This document shows positions 12,754 to 24,938 of a stretch of 33,201 nucleotides of DNA, piece after piece; position 1 is the first letter of the stretch; each line of letters opens with the position of its first letter. The stretch lies in NCBI GenBank assembly GCA_008636045.1, contig SNRW01000060.1, positions 1 to 33,201 of the forward strand, given 5' to 3'. The translations under genes were made by a program, and so were the position numbers. The stretch is from Streblomastix strix (taxonomy: Eukaryota). The notes beneath the pieces were generated by a model that saw only the letters and a list, made by a program, of their open reading frames with translations, did not search any database and was not told where the DNA came from.

Positions 12754-14560
12754 ATGGCATAGAGAAAGCAACCATAACCTGATAAATAGAAAAATATAGA
12801 TTCATTTAGTATCGCTTATTAATAATAATATAATTTTGATAACAAGGATAATGTTATATCATCAAAGGGATAGATGAAGAAATTATTAGTTAAAGATTCT
12901 GATAAAAGAGTAAATGAAAATGGATATAATTATAGTGATTATTTATCAAATGATGATTATAATAAATTATGGAATACATACAAGAGATGGGTAGAAGATG
13001 AAAATCCAGATATGTATAAATTTATCATTGGATAGGAGTAAACTGATTAATAAATTGCATAAGCAAGATATGATAAAATTAAAGAAAAACATTAGTCAGA
13101 GTCAACACCCTAATCAATTTAATCATAAATTTAAGTATATTAGCCTATTAGAATTAATTAACCATTATTGAATACTCCAACTATTTAACCTTTGAAACTA
13201 AAAGCTAAAAAACAAAGCTAGTCAATTATTTCTGTTAATGAACTTAATAAATTAAAGTAGTAAGTAATAGATATAGTTAGTGAATAGGAGTAATTCAATT
13301 TAGATAATGATACCAATCCAAACACAAAAATAAATGCAATACTTTAATAAGAAAATATTAATTCAAAACAATCATTTTATACCAGTTTTCTGAATCATAA
13401 GTTCAATTAAAAGCAGTTCAAAATATTGGATTAAATAGCATAAACTATTAGCTTTGTTGACTAATCTCTTAGCTAATGGTATGATTAATACATCTTATAA
13501 TTTACTGAGAGATATCCATAGAAAATTTATGCTTAACCTAAGCCAAAGAAATCAAAAAGTTAGCGAAAGACGAATTATACTAAGAGATAACATAAAAGCA
13601 ATTCCCTTTCAAATCAAAGTATGATGCTATCCATAAAGCTAATTACTATGATACTCCAACACACTAAACTAGGAACGAATTTGATATTTATCCTTAGACT
13701 AATACCCTAGAACCTCATGACTATTAACTAAAACCACTAGCGAAATTTGAAAGACCATACTTCTCACACAACTACAATTCATGGGAAATAGATTAAGTAT
13801 TCATAATGAAAAAGAATGTTGAAATTAAACAATATCTATTCGCTATTAATGTAAATACTAAATATCTAGTAGTAATTCCAGTGAAATCGAAATCGTAAAT
13901 TCCAATCCTTGATGCACTCAAATAGCTTATATCACTTGTTTAAATTGACGATATCAGAGGAGATGGTGAGAGAGCTTATGCTTCAAAATTATTAAATGAT
14001 TTCTATAAAGAAAACAAGATAAATACATTTTTCACAGGCAACAAATTCACTAATCATAATAGAGTAATTGACAGAGTAATTCAAACAATAAGAAACGCAT
14101 TCGGTAATAACATTTATAAACTTGCTAATGAATAATTAATGCAATAAACGGTAGATTTATATAATCATACACCGTACATTACTTACTAAAATAAGTATAG
14201 TCCAATATAAGTTTGAAATGATAAGCGAATAGAATGTTAATACATCTATCACTAATAATAATAATTAAATGATATAAGAAATTTATAAAAATAATATGGT
14301 CTAAAACAATATCAAAAGGGTAACATTTTACTATTACACATTGATACTGCAAAGACAAAACACTATTTTGAAAAAATTAGACTCAATTTCAATAATATTA
14401 GTATGTTTATGGAATATGTTAATGGAAATGTTAAAGTTGAGTTATTGAATTCATATAATGATTTATAAACTATAGTATTACCAATATTCTTCACAAAATT
14501 AGTGGCAAAAAATATAAATAAATTAGATAATGAATATAAATAATACTTTAAATTAAAATT
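12754..14560 (+). pseudogene. Retroviral-like (rve) integrase with long N-terminal extension, disrupted
   Basis: SWEID (13791), YLFAINVNTKY, IRGDGE (13962), RVIDRVIQTIR (14070), YNHTP. Frameshift at ~13583 and TGA at 14214. The original stop near 14560 appears lost, so the end is approximate. Confidence 0.88.
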
Positions 14561-14588
14561 GCAATTTAATTTTTTTATTATTATTGAA

Positions 14589-14906
14589 ATGGAAACAACA
14601 ATCGAAACTAACAATGAAGTTTAAAGTAAATAATTTGATTCGCTTGCAAGGTAAAAGAGATCAGTCTGAAGGCCAAAGAAATACTTCAATGATGATGATA
14701 GAAAGGAGGCTATACGAAAGCAATAGTTAGCAATAAAGAGAATATATGCACAAAAGAAAGCGTAGATTTATAGTAGAAGTAATACTGTTCAAAAATAGTT
14801 AATGAAATTATTATCTGATCTTAATTTTAAAGAAGATGATATAGGTTTTATGTTAGAATACTTATAAACTGACATAGAATAAAAGATCATACCAAAGAAT
14901 AATTGA
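14589..14906 (+). pseudogene. Small basic protein with a probable AT-hook-like GRPKKY motif
   Basis: KRSV*RPKKYFNDDDRKEA, with TGA at 14667 where Gly is expected. Confidence 0.6.
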
Positions 14907-14933
14907 CTTAATTTACTGTTTATCTAATTGAAA

Positions 14934-15107
14934 ATGATATTTGAAATCATAGTTAGTACTTCTTTAATAATCATAACATTAGTTGAAACATCTAATCTGT
15001 TTTTGATAGCCAGTGCGTTCGATGTATTAAACGAATTTGTAAAAGGTGAAGAAAAAGATGCTTATAAAAAAGATCACTCTGAAGATTATTTATCAATGTT
15101 TAATTGA
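14934..15107 (+). CDS. Small protein with N-terminal hydrophobic segment, 57 aa
   Basis: MIFEIIVSTSLIIITLVETSNLFLIASAFDVL...MFN*. Confidence 0.6.
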   Translation: MIFEIIVSTSLIIITLVETSNLFLIASAFDVLNEFVKGEEKDAYKKDHSEDYLSMFN

Positions 15108-15140
15108 GAATATATGTTATTTATTTTTTGTTCGGACAAA

Positions 15141-15692
15141 ATGACGTAAATTATATCCTCAAGATCATAGACATCAATTCCAACATTTATGGAAGAAGAA
15201 TCACCATTCGAAAAAAAGTAATAAACTTCAATTGATTCTCCATAACAATCCACACGAAGAAGAAGAAGCTCAATATTTGAAAATGAATTAACTGCGGATT
15301 CATCAGTTTGTAAATGGTTATTGGACATAATTAGTAAGGATGAACATATGCTAAAAGAGTCAGCTCATTTCATTTTATCCGTACCCTAACTTATTCGAGT
15401 TGTTGCATATACATTTGATGTTAATGAATAATAAGTGTAACTAAATGAGGATATTAGTACATGCTGCACTAGATTCATGAATGACGGTACTATAACATTA
15501 ACTGAGATTCGTATTGGAAATGTAAATATTCACTCATTAGATGAAGATAAATTTAATTTACTAAGAGATACTTATAAATTATGTCTGCAGAAAGTAAGAA
15601 AAATAACATCTATTTTAGAATTAAGCGAGATATCATCAAGAGTAATGTAAGCAGTGGCGTAAGGATTATTAGCAGTTCTAAATAAAATTTGA
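15141..15692 (+). CDS. Hypothetical viral protein, 183 aa
   Basis: Open in code 6, with an S/R-rich N-terminus (TRRRRSS) and the shared start context. Confidence 0.7.
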
Positions 15693-15722
15693 CATGTAGT
15701 TGAGTTGTTTATTTTTGAATAA

Positions 15723-18660
15723 ATGGCATAAAGTGAAATACATGTAATGGATGTTATTTAAATTCATGATGAAGCATTATTTGGGAATAGTAGATATAAT
15801 AAGGTTGGATTAGTAGAATAAGTTCAAAACATTAATTAACAAATCATAATTTTATAAAACGTACCGCAATCATATGACCAAGAACAGTTGGATGAAATGC
15901 TACTATTGAAAGCTGATAAAACTGATATAATTGATGCGTATTCTAAGACAGAAGATGATGCTCTTCTATTATTGAAAGCTAATGTAGTTGATATTGTGGA
16001 TAGTTATTCCAAAACAAAAGATGATGCTCTCTTACTCTTAAAAGCTAATGTAGTTGATATTGTGGATAGTTATTCCAAGACAGAAGATGATTTATTATTA
16101 CACTTGAAAGCAGATAAGTCAGACACTTATTCCAAATCTGAAGATAATGCACTATTACTATTGAAAGCTGATAAAACTGAACTAATTGATTCATATTCCA
16201 TGACAGAAGATGATGCTCTCTTAATATTGAAAGCTAAAGTTGTTGATATTGTGGATAGTTATTCCAAGACTGAAAATGATACACTTTAACTTTTGAAAGC
16301 AGATAAGTCAGACACTTATTCCAAATCTGAAGATGATGAGCTATTACTATTGAGAGCAGATAAAACTGAATTAATTGACTCATATTCCAAGACTGATGAT
16401 GATGCACTATTACTCTTGAAAGCCAATGTTGCTGATTTAACAAACAATGTTGATTTAACTTCTGCTCAAACAATAACAGGATAAAAATAATTCGGTGTAA
16501 TTAGTGTTTCCAGCATATCGAAATTGAGTAAAAATGATGCTTCTATTCTTCTTGCAGATGGAGGAGATATGTTGGTAAGTTCATTAATAACTTAACCATA
16601 ATTATAGGAAGTTAGAGACATTGCTACTGGAAAGTCAAAAGCATATGTATTCTCAACATAAGGAGAGTTGAATGACTGGATGGTTATTCAAGATAATGTA
16701 ACAAAATTAGTAATTGGAGATAATTTATATATTGTTGATAAAGAGGTAACAGATTATTGGTGGGATGGAACAGACTTAAAAGTACTAGAAACAGAATTAC
16801 CTGATATGAGTAATGTTATCACAACTCTAAGAGCAGCAACTGGAGGAGGTAATGCAATAACTGAAATATCAATTGATTGAAATGTACTAACACCAGCGAA
16901 AAATAAAAATTTTATAGATACAGATTATGATCAAAGTATTAGTGGTTAAAAGATATTTAATACAACTATTCATTCAGTTGGAATAATGGTTCAAACGTAT
17001 GATAATTCAAGCGTTGTTTGTGCGAGTGGAGGAGTTAGATCAATTGCAGATATTTAAAGTGCCTCATATTCCAAATCAGAGGATGATGTTTTATTGTTAC
17101 TGAAAGCTGATAAATCAATAACATATACCAAGACAGAAGATGATGATCTTATATTATTGAAAGATGATAAAACATAATTGATTGATTCATAAATAAAAGG
17201 TGAGACAAATAACTTATTAAATAATAAAGCCGATAATGGAGTTTCATATACGAAAGATGAAGATGATGCACTATTATTATTGAAAGCTGATGAGACACAA
17301 TTGATAGATTCATACACTAAAGGTGAAACAAATAATCTCTTAGATTATAAAGCAAATTAATTAACAACATATATCAAAACAGAAACTGATTATTTTATAT
17401 CATAGATTGATGTCGGAGATGTTGATTTGACTGATTACTACAATAAAACAAAAACAGATAAATTATTAAGTGAGAAAGCAGACAGTGACTATGTCATCGC
17501 TAACTTTGTTAGTACAAACGAACTATCTAATTATATGACCTTATGTACTGCACAAACAATAACAGCAAATAAAACATTCAATAATAGTTGTAGATTCGTA
17601 AATACTATAGATGGAATGTCAACAATTACTGGATCACAATTTGTCAAATCAGGTGCAGATAATACTGTATTTTTTACTTAGAGCTGATGGAACAAAACCG
17701 ATATCTGAGTTTGGTGGTACAATTGATGATTCAAATTATGTAAAAAAAGATGGTGATGTATAAGATATTTAAGGAATTTTACGAAAAACAATACTAGACT
17801 AACCATATCCAGAGCCAACAGATGATGAATATATAACACTAGGAGTAGTGAAAAGAGAATTCGTTTCATCTATCTATAGCGGTTCTATTAGTGGTAATCT
17901 AACTGCAGCGTAATTCATTAAATCAGGTGGTACAGATCAACAAGTATTTTTAACGAATGGAAAAACGAAGCCACTTTCAGAATTTACTGGCACTCCAACT
18001 GATTTATCAAATTATTATACAAAAAAATAGACTTATTTACAAACTGAAGCAAATAATAAATTTGTAAGATTGGAAGGTTCAATTCAATAAACAATTACAG
18101 AAAGATTAAAATGTGTAAGTCCAATTGAATATCAGGATGAAACACAGGACCATGTAGCTAATACTTACTTAACTATGTCAGAAGTTGACGCTAAACTAAC
18201 GAATGTTGTTACTATAAATACAACTCAATCAATAAATGGAACTAAGACATTCAATGCAAATGTTAGTGCTACAGGCTTTGTGAAAACTGGTAAGGATGAT
18301 ACATCAGTTCTTCTAGCAGGTGGTGGAGATAGATAATTATCATCATTTGGAGGAATTGAAGATTTAACATCATCTGCATTTAGTGGTATGAATAGTGCAG
18401 TGATATAATATAAATTAATAAGAACTGGAAATCTTAATATATTTTCATTACTCGCAAATGGAGGAAATTTTAATGTTGGAACATTTAACCCTGATTACTT
18501 AGTATAGGATGATGTAGCTGTTATAACATATATTCCATTTCCGAATAATACTGTCGATAAAGGAGGTTATGTAATAATTACTCATTCAATTGGACTTATT
18601 ACCTGTAAATCAACAACTAATACATACATTTAATGTGCATCTGCTACATGGGTTAAATGA
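15723..18660 (+). pseudogene. Tail-fibre-like repeat protein (putative virion fibre), about 980 aa
   Basis: YSKTEDDALLLLKA repeats, QTITGxKxF repeats, FVKSG...VLLAxG motifs and a C-terminal beta-rich domain. TGA at 16878 and frameshift in the T-run at ~17670. Confidence 0.75.
15873..16440 (+). repeat. Coding tandem repeat: 9 units of 57 or 66 nt with a 189-nt higher-order period
   Basis: YSKxEDDxLLLLKA followed by NVVDIVDS, DKSDT or DKTELIDS. A second, more diverged block lies at ~17065-17400. Confidence 0.9.
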
Positions 18661-18765
18661 AATTGAATCAAAAAAAATAATTGTTTTTGACGTCATTCCA
18701 ACATAAGTTCAATTCGTATTAATCCTGAAAGGATATAAGACTTTGTATTATTTTTGGACTATAAA

Positions 18766-20836
18766 ATGAGCAACGTATACATTGATGAAGCACTATTAGA
18801 TGCCGCAGGTCTATCAGAATTCCCAGAATTATATGCTTATATCCATGAGCGTGAGCCTAAACCAATTGTTGATGGAATAACTAATCAAATCATTGTTGGA
18901 CCATAATATCTTCAAGATTAAGTGAAAGATAATGATGATAAATTAAGTGTTTAACCTCCTCCTCCTACACCAATAACACCAATAGCTGTTGCTGCGGAGG
19001 TAATAACAGTACCATTATATGCTCTAACATAACCTTTACTTCCATATAATATCGGTGATGGAGGGATTAAATTTTATAAATTAAGAAATAAAGTAGTATA
19101 TTACATTGGATTGTATCTTAGAGAGGATTTTATGGGTTTTGTATTCACTAGCTTCCCTGAGGAATTGTGGCCATTTAGCAAACATGCATTAGTGTTAGGA
19201 GATGACGGTGGGCATAAACAAAATATAATGAGTTACATTAGTGAAAAAGGACCTTATTTAGGATCATCAATTGGAAGTGTTGATTAAATCACATCAATTA
19301 AAGGAAATACTCATATTGTAATTGTAGGCTTTATTATTCGGATTATGAACTGTTAAAGAGAGCAATTAGTGATGTAAATGGAGATGGAAAGATTAATATT
19401 GTAGATGACTTGTATATCAATTCTATTATTGATGGAATGAAATCAATGTCATGGATATAAGATGTTGTATAAAAATAGACAGAAGCAATAGGTGATGGAG
19501 TTCAACCATATGACCCAAGTTAACTTGTATCACTATCTAATTATTTCAATAACAATACTAAATTAGTGAATAGTAAAATATTTGGTCCACTTAGAGCTGC
19601 ATATTTTGTTAAAGAAGGTCCAATATGTACATTTAATTTCCAAGCTGAAGTTAGTAGTTAACATGTCAATAATGTATTCAAAGTATTTTAAACAATAGAT
19701 TCTGATTTATAGCCTAGATTAACTAAATTCTTCCCAATAAAGACCTCCTATACATCATTCGCTGGTATGATATAGATTAATGGAAATGACACTCCAGATG
19801 TTGTTGTGAATTAAGGATTTGGTTACTATCCTAATGATTTATGTGACTTTAGTGGAAGTTATTTAATTGATCCATAACCATAAGAATCAAATTAGAATAA
19901 TATAATTTCAAATGGCCAACCAATATCTCACATAGATAGTGTAATTATGTAACATGATATTCTACGACCAATGCCTATTCCACCATCAGTATTTCCAAAA
20001 TATACAGTAAGTGCAGTGTCAAGAAACTAATTACTTGCATTAGCCTATACCCCATATGACTTAGATGAATTTAAGATTTACATAATTGATGATACTGTTA
20101 ATAAATTAATCATGTTCAATATGCATTTGAGATAGAAAGTGTTTATAGAAACTAAACAGTATCTACTTAGTATGAGTGAGTCAATAGATCCCAAAAGAGC
20201 ATTATTGTTTCCTGTTATGATATTATATGATTTCAACACTGATCCCATTTAAGACATTCCTTCCGCATATCTCACGATTGCTGATACAGATAATCCTGCT
20301 CGCTGGCATATTCATATATCATCAGAATTAAAAGCTGATAAATTTGTCAATTATTATTTTAGTAGCTGCTATTTCGTATGAACTTAATACGAATCACCAT
20401 CTAAAGATGATTATTTTTCTTAATTGAAATAGCTGGAAACTTTCATGAAATCAAATAGATTGCATAAAAAATTGGATAAGGAGCTAACTTGGTTGGCTAA
20501 CATATATATAAACCCCTTAAACCATATATCGATACCCTCGCTCCACCTATAATAAATAAAGGTCTATAAGTTGCGTCAAGTGGTTTAGATTTAATATATG
20601 CAAATAATGATTAAGACAGAGTGACGAACTTGACAAATTTTAGAAATGATGTAGGGAATTTCATTGATGAACCTAAGGTAAGATAGTCAATTCAAAATAA
20701 TAGATTCATAAGACTTCATCCGAATGTCTAAAGAAATATAGATAGGGCTATGGGAACTCATCTTGCGATTCCAAGTAATTAAGCTATAAATAACTCTCGA
20801 TACAGTATTCAAGAAGTTGATGAAGAAGATTTTTGA
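18766..20836 (+). pseudogene. Large putative structural protein with three beta-rich head-like domains
   Basis: Coherent code-6 protein across frameshifts at ~19331 and ~20480 and a TGA at 20379. It could alternatively be two genes split at 20381. Confidence 0.55.
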
Positions 20837-20900
20837 AAATATTTCGTTTCAAAGTTTAACTTACTGCATATGATTAGTTTATTTTTGCGTCAAATAAAAC

Positions 20901-22613
20901 ATGAACCGCTTTCTCAATAAGTCAATGCATTTGCAATAACTTGGAACTATCGAAGCAACATTAAAAAGTAATTCTGTTGATGCATTTAGAAATGATGGAG
21001 AACATCATTATTCAATCAAAGAAATCAAACCTGAAAGCTAAATGCCTGCACTATTCGATAAAGAAATTTTAATTAGCTTGTCTGACACTGATCACGATGT
21101 ATCGTAAATTCAGAATTCATTCCTTTCAATAGTACTTACAGCTAATGTTCAATTTGACAACAAATTTGAAGGATTTGAAGATTCTTATAAAGATGGAACT
21201 ATATTGTTCATTGGACTAAAATCAGCAAGTTAAGTTATAAGAGAATATACTATTTATCATAGAGGACGTACTATTGATGGAACGTTGTAGAATGATTCAA
21301 CTACAGAATAATTTATCTATAACACTGTTAAACCGCGAAGTGAGAAAAATAATAGAAAACACATTCATTCATTATATGAAAATATACATAAATATGATAC
21401 ATCAGCTTGTGGTATTTATGTAACAAAAAGAGAGATAGAAGAGGCTATTAAAGATTAGGTTTCTATTCCATTCACTATACCAATAAGATTTAGATTATCA
21501 TTTCCATTAGATGATATACTTGTATTTAGTGGGTTTACTGATTATCCTAATTCACTATTCGGTGATTTGAAAATTAAATTTAAAATTAATCCCAACGCAT
21601 TTGTATTTGCATAAGTGAATCCATTTATCAGTATGGCTAAATACTACACTATGAATAAGACTGATCTTATGGCTAGCGGACCTGATAAACTGAAGAACAT
21701 TGATCTTCTCTTTAGAAATTGGAGATTGAGATATCAATATACAAAGTAATTTACTCAAATGGAATGTACTGCAGATCTTACTACAAAAATAAGTATTGAT
21801 TAAATAACAGATAGTGGATTGAAGAATTTGATGTGTAGTATCAGTCCTGTGACATTATCAATAAAGAATTACGTTGTAACTGAAGTGACTGCAAATATGA
21901 GTGGATATAAGGCAACAGATGACTGTTTATAAAGAGTACGTGAAATCTATGCTAATAGACCATTTGTTGTATCTTCATAAAGAGTTGAAGCATAGTCATT
22001 CCCAACAAGTGCTACTACAACAGGAATTAGGACATCATAAAATATTCCATTATCTCATGTCACTGACTTATGCTTGCTATTTCCAAAAGATGCTAGAGCA
22101 ACTACTTGCTACGAAAATCCTTGCTATCATAACGTGTAAGTTACAACATGTGGAAGAAATTTCCCTGATATGCCAATGAATACATTAGATTAATAATTCT
22201 TCTAAATGTAATTGAATGCAAGTAATTTGGACCTGTTATTTGAAGCAATTGTTGAATTCGAAGATGCTTTGACTACACCAAGAAACACTGCTTCAAGAAG
22301 ATTGAATGCTCAGACTGATCTGACTTCATTCATGATCACTCTTTAATGTGAACGTAATAGTAATGGTGCACTAAAATTTGAAGGATTAGATACAAATAAT
22401 TAAAATGGGTCAGTAGAATTAAGAGGAGCACCTATTTATTAAGATGATACAGATTGTTATTATAATGTTGATTTAATGGGTAAGAAACCACCTCCACCAA
22501 TTCTATGCACTATACATGATACAATCTGGCTATTTGGACCTGCTAATGGAGGTTCATGTATCTATGATGTTAATAACACATTTGATGAAGTGATAAGTTA
22601 AATTGAAGGATGA
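20901..22613 (+). CDS. Putative major capsid protein (double jelly-roll), 570 aa, intact
   Basis: Uninterrupted code-6 ORF that is beta-strand-rich (FRLSFPLDDILVFSGFTDYPNSLFGDLKIKFKIN). Size and position next to the penton and ATPase fit an MCP. Fold not computed. Confidence 0.75.
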
Positions 22614-22659
22614 AAAATTAATTTTAATAATTATTTTTTATTTTTTTTTCTAATCTAAA

Positions 22660-22947
22660 ATGGATTACAAGATAGTATATACAAATGATTAAGGCGAGGT
22701 AACATAGACAAGTAATATTCCATATGATAATTATGAAATGTTTTAGATAGATAGTTGTTAATTATTCTTAACAGATGACCAAATCGATGATTACAAAACT
22801 AATATTAAAATCATCAACGACAAAAATAACTATATTAAATAAACGAAACAACTTAGTAATGATTAATGTAAGATACATAATACAAGGGTAGCATATGAAG
22901 CTGAAGAAGATAGATATCTATAATATGAAGTTGACAATGATCTGTGA
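22660..22947 (+). CDS. Hypothetical acidic viral protein, 95 aa
   Basis: Open ATG-TGA in code 6 with the shared start context. Confidence 0.65.
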
Positions 22948-23026
22948 TTTTATTTTTGTTTCAATATTAATAAGCAATTTTATTGCCTGCTTTATTAAAT
23001 AAAGTAATTATTTTTATTTAATCAAA

Positions 23027-23233
23027 ATGGATCAATAAACATATGATGTACTTATACAGCTGTAAATTTAACTACGAAAAGATTACTAGCAAAGAACTAA
23101 AGAAATTTAAGATTTTAATGTAGACTTTAAGAAAAAATAAGCATAAAGTATAAATACAATGTTAGATTATGTATCAGGTTTAATACGCATAAGCGATAGT
23201 TATTTTGAAAGATAAGAAAAACTTAATCATTGA
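23027..23233 (+). CDS. Hypothetical helical viral protein, 68 aa
   Basis: Open ATG-TGA in code 6 with the shared start context. Confidence 0.6.
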
Positions 23234-23257
23234 AATTATTTTTGTTTTGAATATAAA

Positions 23258-23629
23258 ATGATCTCATAACCCAACAGAAAACGAATGATATTAACTTAAA
23301 ATTCAAACATACAAACGGATGAAGGGATTAGTCAATTACTGTTACCTGTAGAATTTGTCACATCCAAAAATAATAAAGAGATAATATTTATATAATGTAG
23401 AACAAATAAGCAATTAATTTGTTAAGATCTTTATTTACATGCCTCATTTGTGTAAGAAGATTAAGATAATGATTAGTATGTAGGTAGATGTGATGAAAAA
23501 TGCACCTAGAAATCATTTCGTCAATTAAATCATGATTGAAACGTATAATTTTGGTTTAAGAATATTGATGGTAAATTAGTTGATTAAAATAATATATCAT
23601 TTATACTTGAAATCTATTTAGTATTTTGA
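23258..23629 (+). pseudogene. Putative minor capsid (penton) protein, single jelly-roll-like
   Basis: LYLHASFV...VQFWFKNIDGKLVD...FILEIYLVF* resembles the Polinton penton C-terminus. TGA at 23537. Confidence 0.6.
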
Positions 23630-23658
23630 TTAAACTTTATGATTTTGTTTCAAATAAA

Positions 23659-24096
23659 ATGAGTCGAGTAATATTTGACAGTAAATACAAGACAGTTAAT
23701 AAATTGAACAACAATCAATAGATTGCTGGCATAAGTTCTAATAATCTACCATAATTGAAGATATTAGAGAAGTATTCACCGAATTTAGTGAAATTTGATA
23801 CAGTTGATGAGTTCAAATAGTATCTTGTATTGAATTAGGAATCAATGGATTAAATAACTACGTAAAAATTAAATAAGACATTTAAAGTCAAAGGATATTG
23901 AATTACTAAACTATAAGGAGTGATTTCTTTGAGAAAATGTCATGATAAAAATAATAATATAATTGAAAATGATATCAACTTTGTTGATGGCATAAATGCT
24001 AATGCTTGGCATTCTGACTCTTTGAGTGATTAATTGGATAAATTAATTAGTGTATTAATTGATAAAGGAATTATTTCAATTGATGAAATTTCATGA
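23659..24096 (+). pseudogene. Hypothetical viral protein with a premature TGA
   Basis: TTQKLNKTFKVKGY*ITKLQGVISL, TGA at 23899. The frame continues to TGA at 24094-24096. Confidence 0.65.
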
Positions 24097-24876
24097 TTAT
24101 ATTATCTTTATTTTTGTTCTATCATTGCTGTGTTATACTATTAAGGCTTATCTCATTGTTAAATTTATATATTATTCCCATATTTTATCTTTATCAAATC
24201 GTATAGATGATTAATAATAAAATTAGTTAAATTTCTATCTATTGAATCCATCGAAAAAGTATATTGTATCAACATTAGCTTTTATACTTGCATCAAGGCC
24301 TACAATATCTTATAAGCATAGAAAATAAGTGATTCTTGGCTATCTGTTCTTGAATAGCTTTTTGAATAATGGTAATTACTTATTTTTGAACACTTATATT
24401 GCGTCATCAAATAGAACTAGTGTATGAGGATATTTCATTTTCAAATTCTCTGCTCCAATAGTTGTCAGTATTTCCTGCTTTGAATCAGATGTGAGTTAAT
24501 TTATTAGATGTTTCTCAACAACAGTATCATATGCTGCTTTTGCCTCAATTAGGTCATTAAGCACCCCATCAATCTCACCGTAAGTAACAATCTTTGTTGG
24601 AATAGTGATTAATGTACTCATCTTCATATATTTTTAATCATTATTGCTATCGGTAACATATATAAATAATGTATAACAATTCTTAACCTAACTCAATTTA
24701 ATTAATTCTTTGAATACATTATATGACTTACTACTTCCTCTTTACCCTATAAGTAAGTTAATAGAATTAAACGTAAAATTAATTTCTTTGTGAACTATGC
24801 TTTACACCTCATGTTTATAAGTGACTTAATTCTCTAGTAATTCATTTGCAAATTGCGTTAATGAAAGATTTGACAT
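24091..24876 (-). CDS. A32/FtsK-HerA-like DNA packaging ATPase, 261 aa (Walker A altered)
   Basis: INLLIGQRGSSKS (Walker A, 24747-24724), HTLVLFDDA (Walker B), KNRQPRITYFLCLQ (Arg finger and Gln sensor). It is the only minus-strand viral gene. Confidence 0.88.
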
Positions 24877-24938
24877 TTATTTACAGTTGAAACTAATGAT
24901 TGACACGTAGTTGATATCTATTTTTTTGCTTAAACTAA

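Noticed and set aside
14520..14906. Integrase fused in frame to the downstream basic protein
   Set aside because: The linker is the usual T-rich intergenic motif followed by AAATG, so a lost stop codon is more likely.
15873..17400. CRISPR-like repeat-spacer array
   Set aside because: Unit lengths are multiples of 3, variation is codon-like and the 'spacers' themselves recur. It is a protein repeat in a eukaryotic virus, with no cas genes.
15723..18660. Prophage or bacterial contamination suggested by the phage-like fibre
   Set aside because: The gene uses TAA/TAG as Gln, lies within the TIRs and shares the viral start context.
8380..19335. Programmed ribosomal frameshifts at ~8385, ~13583, ~17670 and ~19331
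   Set aside because: No consistent slippery heptamer plus structure. Two lie in T-runs, consistent with mutation or sequencing indels.
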